Assembly: GCF_000315625.1 (NCBI RefSeq)
Contig: NW_005434595.1
Span: forward strand, 297,826-361,825
Source of the DNA: Guillardia theta CCMP2712
Taxonomy: Eukaryota > Protista > Cryptophyta
Length of the DNA: 64,000 bases
Reading direction: 5' to 3'
Part shown: positions 58,881-64,000 of the stretch, in pieces
How positions within the stretch are numbered: position 1 is the stretch's first letter
Layout: the number at the start of each line of letters is the position of its first letter
Made by a program: the position numbers and the translations under genes
Notes under the pieces: model-generated
What the model saw: the letters and a program-made list of their open reading frames with translations, nothing else
Told to the model about the DNA's origin: nothing
Database searches by the model: none

Positions 58881-61800
58881 ATGTTACGTCTACTGAGGAA
58901 TCGAAATTCACCGAGAGATGCTGGGAAGAAAGACCCGGGTAAGGGTCAGGGGACCAAGGAAGAAAACGAAGGAGATAAACATGCCGATGAAGAATGGAAA
59001 ACTTTCGACTTCGAGAAGCTGCAACGGGAGCTCAACATATATGCTCCTTCTGCAGAATCACACACACAAGTCAGCAAGCACACTCATGCTCTGGAGGGCA
59101 TGTCTGCACACCCTGATGATCAAGACCTGAGCTTCGATCAACTGATGTCAGAGTACAAAAAGTTTGAGATGGCAGTCGATTCTTCCTTGGGAGAGGAAGG
59201 AGTCAATTACAATGACACCGAGGACTTTTCAAACAAGATACCACCATCCATGAAGAGCGAGTACAAAGGGATCATGAAGAGCTCAGGTGCAGAAGCGAAG
59301 CGAGCCAAGGAGGTCAGGGTCGACACGGAAGACGAGAAGAAGCAGAAAGGTCAAGGCAAGGCAAAGGATCAGAAGAAGACAGTAGATGTCACTGCTCGTC
59401 CCTCTGCTATCCGCTGGGATCTCGATGGGGGTGGCAGGGCAGCAAAGGGCGACCAAGTTGCACATTCTCCCATGTATGATGACGAATTTCCATTGCCATC
59501 CAGCTTGCATCAGACTGCTATCAAGAGAGATCGAATCGACGTTGAGTTTGAAGCGATAGGTGATTCCAAAATGCTTGGTGCCGAGGGTTTGGCTAATTTC
59601 TCAAAAAAGAACTTGCTCTCTATCCCAATGGTGGTCTATAACGAGAGTGACTTTGGGGGGAAGTGTTTTGTTCTTTGGGCCCACCAGAATCGCATCAAAT
59701 GGCTTCCTGAAGTGATTGGACGATTAACAGCTTTGACTGAGCTGAGACTTCATCATAACGAGATTGAACAAGTGCCCCCAGAATTCGCACAAATGCGAAG
59801 CCTCAGGAAGTTGTGGTTGAATGACAACAAACTAGTTGCATGTCCAACTGAGTTGGGAAGTCTGACATTGTTGGAAATGCTCTCGCTGTCTCGGAATCCC
59901 TTTGATGAGCTCTGCCTGGGCATCGGATACCTCACGAAGTTGAAAGACCTTCAGTTGGATCAGCTGAATCTCAAAGTCCCTCCGAGAGAGATCGTCATTC
60001 GAGGCCCGGTAAACATCGTGAAGTACTTGCGTCGCATTGATATTGCAGCGATGTCTTGCTTGAAGTATAGAGCCATGAAGGATCCTAGTTTGAAAGACCT
60101 GCCTCCTCCTTCTGAGTATCAGATTTTGAAACTTGAAGGTGACGAAGAACAGCAGAATGACAAACAAGCTTGGTTGAACTGCAAGCTTGCAATCACATTG
60201 GCAGGGTCAGCACATTTTCAACTGCTTTCAGGACCAACAGCAGATGCTTGGATTGAGATAGGCAACCTGCAGAATGTTGATATCAAGATCAAGAAGAACA
60301 AAATCAATTATCCATTTCAGATGTATGATCGGGTTTCCAAACGGACTTTTTCTTTCGCGCTTCCTGACAAGCGAAGCCGGGACAAACTGATTGACACGGT
60401 CAAAGACATGCAGGAGATTCCGTCTTGTTCGCTCTCTCTCAACAGCCATGGCTTGCTCAAACTTCCGATTGAAGTGAGTCGGATGGCAGAGCTCGAGTTT
60501 CTTGACTTGTCAAACAATACGTTGCAAACTCTGCCTGTGCTTAAGTTGGGCCTTTTGAAAACTTTGCTCCTAGATTTGAACAATTTCTCAAGCATCCCCA
60601 AGACAGTTTACCAAGACCTCACCGCCCTCACACACCTTTCCATCATCGACAACCCGATCCATCGGCTACCTACTGCTCTTGCTCAGATGAAATCATTACA
60701 GGAGATCAACATGAACTCCAACTTTCACCTTGAGACGCCCCCGCCTGTGGTAGTCGTTCAGGGTCAGCATCTGCGTTTCTTGCAGTCGCTGCTGGAGTGT
60801 GAGAGAAGCGGAGTGATGGATCTTTCTTCTTTCAACATGGACGAGGTACCTCGCGAGATCGGCAGGAGGTGGGATGAGCATCCGGAGTACCACAAGATGT
60901 CAGTCCTGAAGCTTGACAACAACGTCCTTGCTGAAGTTGATAGTGGTGTTGACAACTGGAAGAAAATTCGCTCCCTTGAGATTCGAGGAAACCGACTTTC
61001 TCGACTGCCGAGGACCATTGGGGGGCTGAACCTCCTGTCTGAGCTCCACCTTGATGACAACGAACTGCGTGAGTTGCCACAGAGTGCGAAGAACCTTCAG
61101 ATGTTGGTTGCACTGCATATCAACAACAACCAGCTAGATATCTGGCCCCCGTGTCTGCAGTACCTGACAAGCATCACAGAATTGTTCATGAATCGCAACA
61201 CGATCGAGTTCGTTCCTCCTGAATGCTCAACATTGGTCAATCTGAGACACCTCGAAGTCTCTGGAAATCGAATTTACGACCTTCCGCCGCAAGTCGGGGG
61301 GTGGACGAGCTTGACGACGCTCAAGATGGATAGCAATCGTCTCCCCGCCTTGCCGGAGACGTTGGGGCAGCTGTCCAAGGTGGAGAGTCTTTCCTTTGCA
61401 AACAACAACATCATCACCTTCCCTATGGAGGTCGGTAGCTGGCACAACCTGCGAACGCTGGACTTGTCCAAGAATGACATCCGATTTCTTCCCAGCTCTA
61501 TCAGCAACTCAACCGCCATGCGGCAGCTCTTCCTTGAGGGTAATCCACTCATCCAACTCCCGCTCGGCATGGGCTCCATGCGCGGTCTGCGCAAGCTTTC
61601 GTACACCAAGTGGGACAAGTGGATTTCCCCGCCGAATGCGATCATGAAGCAGTCATACCATCAGGTCATCCAGTACCTGCAAGCCTTTCACAGCGCCAAG
61701 CAAAGCAACTCGCTCAACTTCAGCGACATGGGGATCGAAGTCATACATGCGGATGTCCTGGTTATGTCGAACTTGACCGAGCTTGACATCTCCAAGAATC

Positions 61801-64000
61801 GCCTCAAGACTTTGACCGCTGTGATGGGAGAGGCTGATGGCAGGGTAACCCACTTGAAAGGCGACTGCGACTTGTACATGTCCGATGAGGTTGCGGCGAA
61901 GAAGAGGCGAGCGAAAGCGGCGCTGCTGAGAGAGCTCGGGGATGGATTGAACGACAGGCAGCTGCGAGAGCGATCAGAGAAGATCTTCGCGGCTATCGAC
62001 GAGGATGGGGGAGGAACACTGGGGATAGACGAGCTACTTAGATGCTTCCATCACCTCGGAGTCGACATTGACGAAGCCGTTGTCAACATCATGGTGAAGG
62101 AAGTGAGTAACGATGGGGACGATGAGATCGATATGGACGAGTGGGTGCGGTTAGTGAATAACATCTACAAGGGAGCAGGAGACGTGCAAGGGATCGGAGA
62201 TCTCAAGAAACTGAAGCACCTCAACATCAGCGGCAATGAGTTAAAGAGATTGCCCTATGGTCTTGGATTTTGTACGAGTTTGAAGACATTGACGCTGGAT
62301 GAGCCACATTTTGTGATTATCCCTTGCGACGATATTCTCTCAACGAGCAAGAAGGATGCTTCTATCCTGACGGACTACCTGCGACGGTTGCACGACGTAA
62401 GACCTTGCTTGCTGTCTGAACGCAGTCACTGACCGAGTTCCTCTCAGGCTGTTCTGTCTCGACGGCTCGATCTGTCGGGTTTTACCATCAGCGTGTTGCC
62501 AAAGGAGGTGATCGAGCTGACGTCTCTCACGGAGCTGACCATGAGAGACAACAACCTCAAGGTCGTCGTCTCAGAGATCGAGCAGCTACCCCAGCTCGAG
62601 TTGGTCGACTTGAGCAGCAACCGGATCAAGATGCTCCCTGCCACCCTCGGCAAGCTGAGCAGGTTGAGGCGTCTGGACGTGAGGAGGAACCGTCTCAAGC
62701 ACTTGCCTGCCGTCCTCTGCAACTTGGAGCAGCTCGAGGAGATCGAGATAGAAGGAAATAAGGAGCTCGAGATCCCCGAAGAGATTCAGCGATCAGGCAC
62801 TCCGACGCTCAAGTTGTTCCTCCAAGGGATCTTTCGCGGTTCAGCTGATTCTGTGGTCGACTGGTCCAAGGTCACCATGGTAGAGGACAACAAGCTCGTT
62901 GCTCTGCCGACGATCCTCTATTCGATGAACTGGATCACTGACCTCAACCTCGACAACAATCGTATCCGCAAGATTCCTAGTGAAATCAGCGTTTTGAAAT
63001 CGATGAAGAGCTTCTCAGTCAGGAAGAATTTGTTGGAGAAGGTCTCTTCAGACATCAAAAGATGCAAGTCTTTGACAACCATCAACTTGGACTCCAACCT
63101 TCTCAGCAAGATTCCTGTACAGTTCTTCACGCATCTCTCTCTCACATCTCTTAATCTCAATCATAATCAGCTTGATTCAAGCCTATTGCCTGAACAGTTT
63201 GCTGAGTTTTCTGGAAGTCAGCTCAAGGTGTTGAGGATAGACTCGAATGCCCTCGGCAAGATTCCAAATTCTATCGAGCTCTTTCAATCCTTGACCGTCT
63301 TCACCGCGAATTTCAATGAAATCAAGATGATACCGCGGGAGATTTCCTTCTGCACTCTGTTGAAGGACCTGCAGCTCGACGGCAACCGCATCCAAGAGCT
63401 TCCGATAGAGATCACGAGGCTCTCCTCCCTCGCACGGCTCAAGCTCAATGACAACTGCGTCTCCGTCGTCCCCGAGTGGATCGGGAGGATGTCAAGTCTG
63501 CGTCATCTCTCGCTGGGGAACAACAGGCTGCAGCACGTCCCCTACTCCATCTCCCTCCTCAACCTCGCGGTCCTCACGTTGGATGGAAACCCTCTCGACT
63601 CCATCGAGACGGGCGTGTTGATGGGAGGAGCCAAGGGGTTGCTGGAGCATCTGCGGTACAACCACAACTACGACATCGCCGATCGAAACCTGCTCCCCGA
63701 CGTGATTGAGCAGCGGCGACAGGTAGAGGCCTACCTGACAAGGACCGAGAAGGAGCTGCAGGAGATCGAGCAGAGCTCGCTGGAAGCTGAGCTCAAGGTG
63801 ATCGGGGGCCTCGACCAACTGGAGATCGCCAGGAACAAGCGCATTGGTGAAGATCGGACGGCGACGGATGGGGCGGTGATCCTGGATCAGGAGATGCTGG
63901 ATGAAGTCAGGGTAAGTCCAGCCCTCCTGCTCCCGTTGGGTTTGACCTTGTCGCAGATCCTCGCTGAGAGGGAGCGAGCGGGCGCTGTCATCTTCAGCTT
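58881..64000 (+). CDS. Very large leucine-rich-repeat protein with inserted PH-like domain and EF-hand pair; truncated at window end
   Basis: Dozens of LxxLxLxxN repeats; EF-hands DEDGGGTLGIDE and SNDGDDEIDMDE; intron 62397-62447 continues the frame (AVLSRRLDL); another intron near 63912-63957. Start uncertain. Confidence 0.85.

Overview
Gene-dense eukaryotic nuclear DNA with short GT-AG introns (mostly about 45-55 nt). Flagellar genes (CFAP54) and plastid-targeted genes with bipartite presequences (FAD4-like, Ycf34) point to a flagellated alga with a complex plastid; the sequence style fits a cryptophyte such as Guillardia theta (inference, not verified). About 18 protein genes are visible: TRPC4AP-like, two ankyrin-repeat genes, a Slo/BK-type RCK K+ channel with a C-terminal C2 domain, CHMP3/VPS24, RAE1, a METTL21/23-type methyltransferase, a cathepsin L-like protease, an HA+Zn-finger protein, CFAP54, a CBM9-like protein, a giant MIB/HERC2-IQ-ARM-discoidin-beta-helix locus, FAD4, Ycf34 and a very large LRR protein that runs off the right end. 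The standout feature is an apparently intact, intron-containing Crypton-type tyrosine-recombinase transposon (about 26.15-30.1 kb; spliced ORF of 819 aa with all catalytic residues) inserted in a divergent promoter. Other observations: palindrome-dense GC islands and a GGGGTGGGGTAC motif at gene 5' ends, a recent 203-bp exon+intron duplication, and a signal peptide followed by a ubiquitin-like 'RLRGG' motif. All family assignments come from motif recognition by eye; no searches were run, and exon ends are approximate unless stated.
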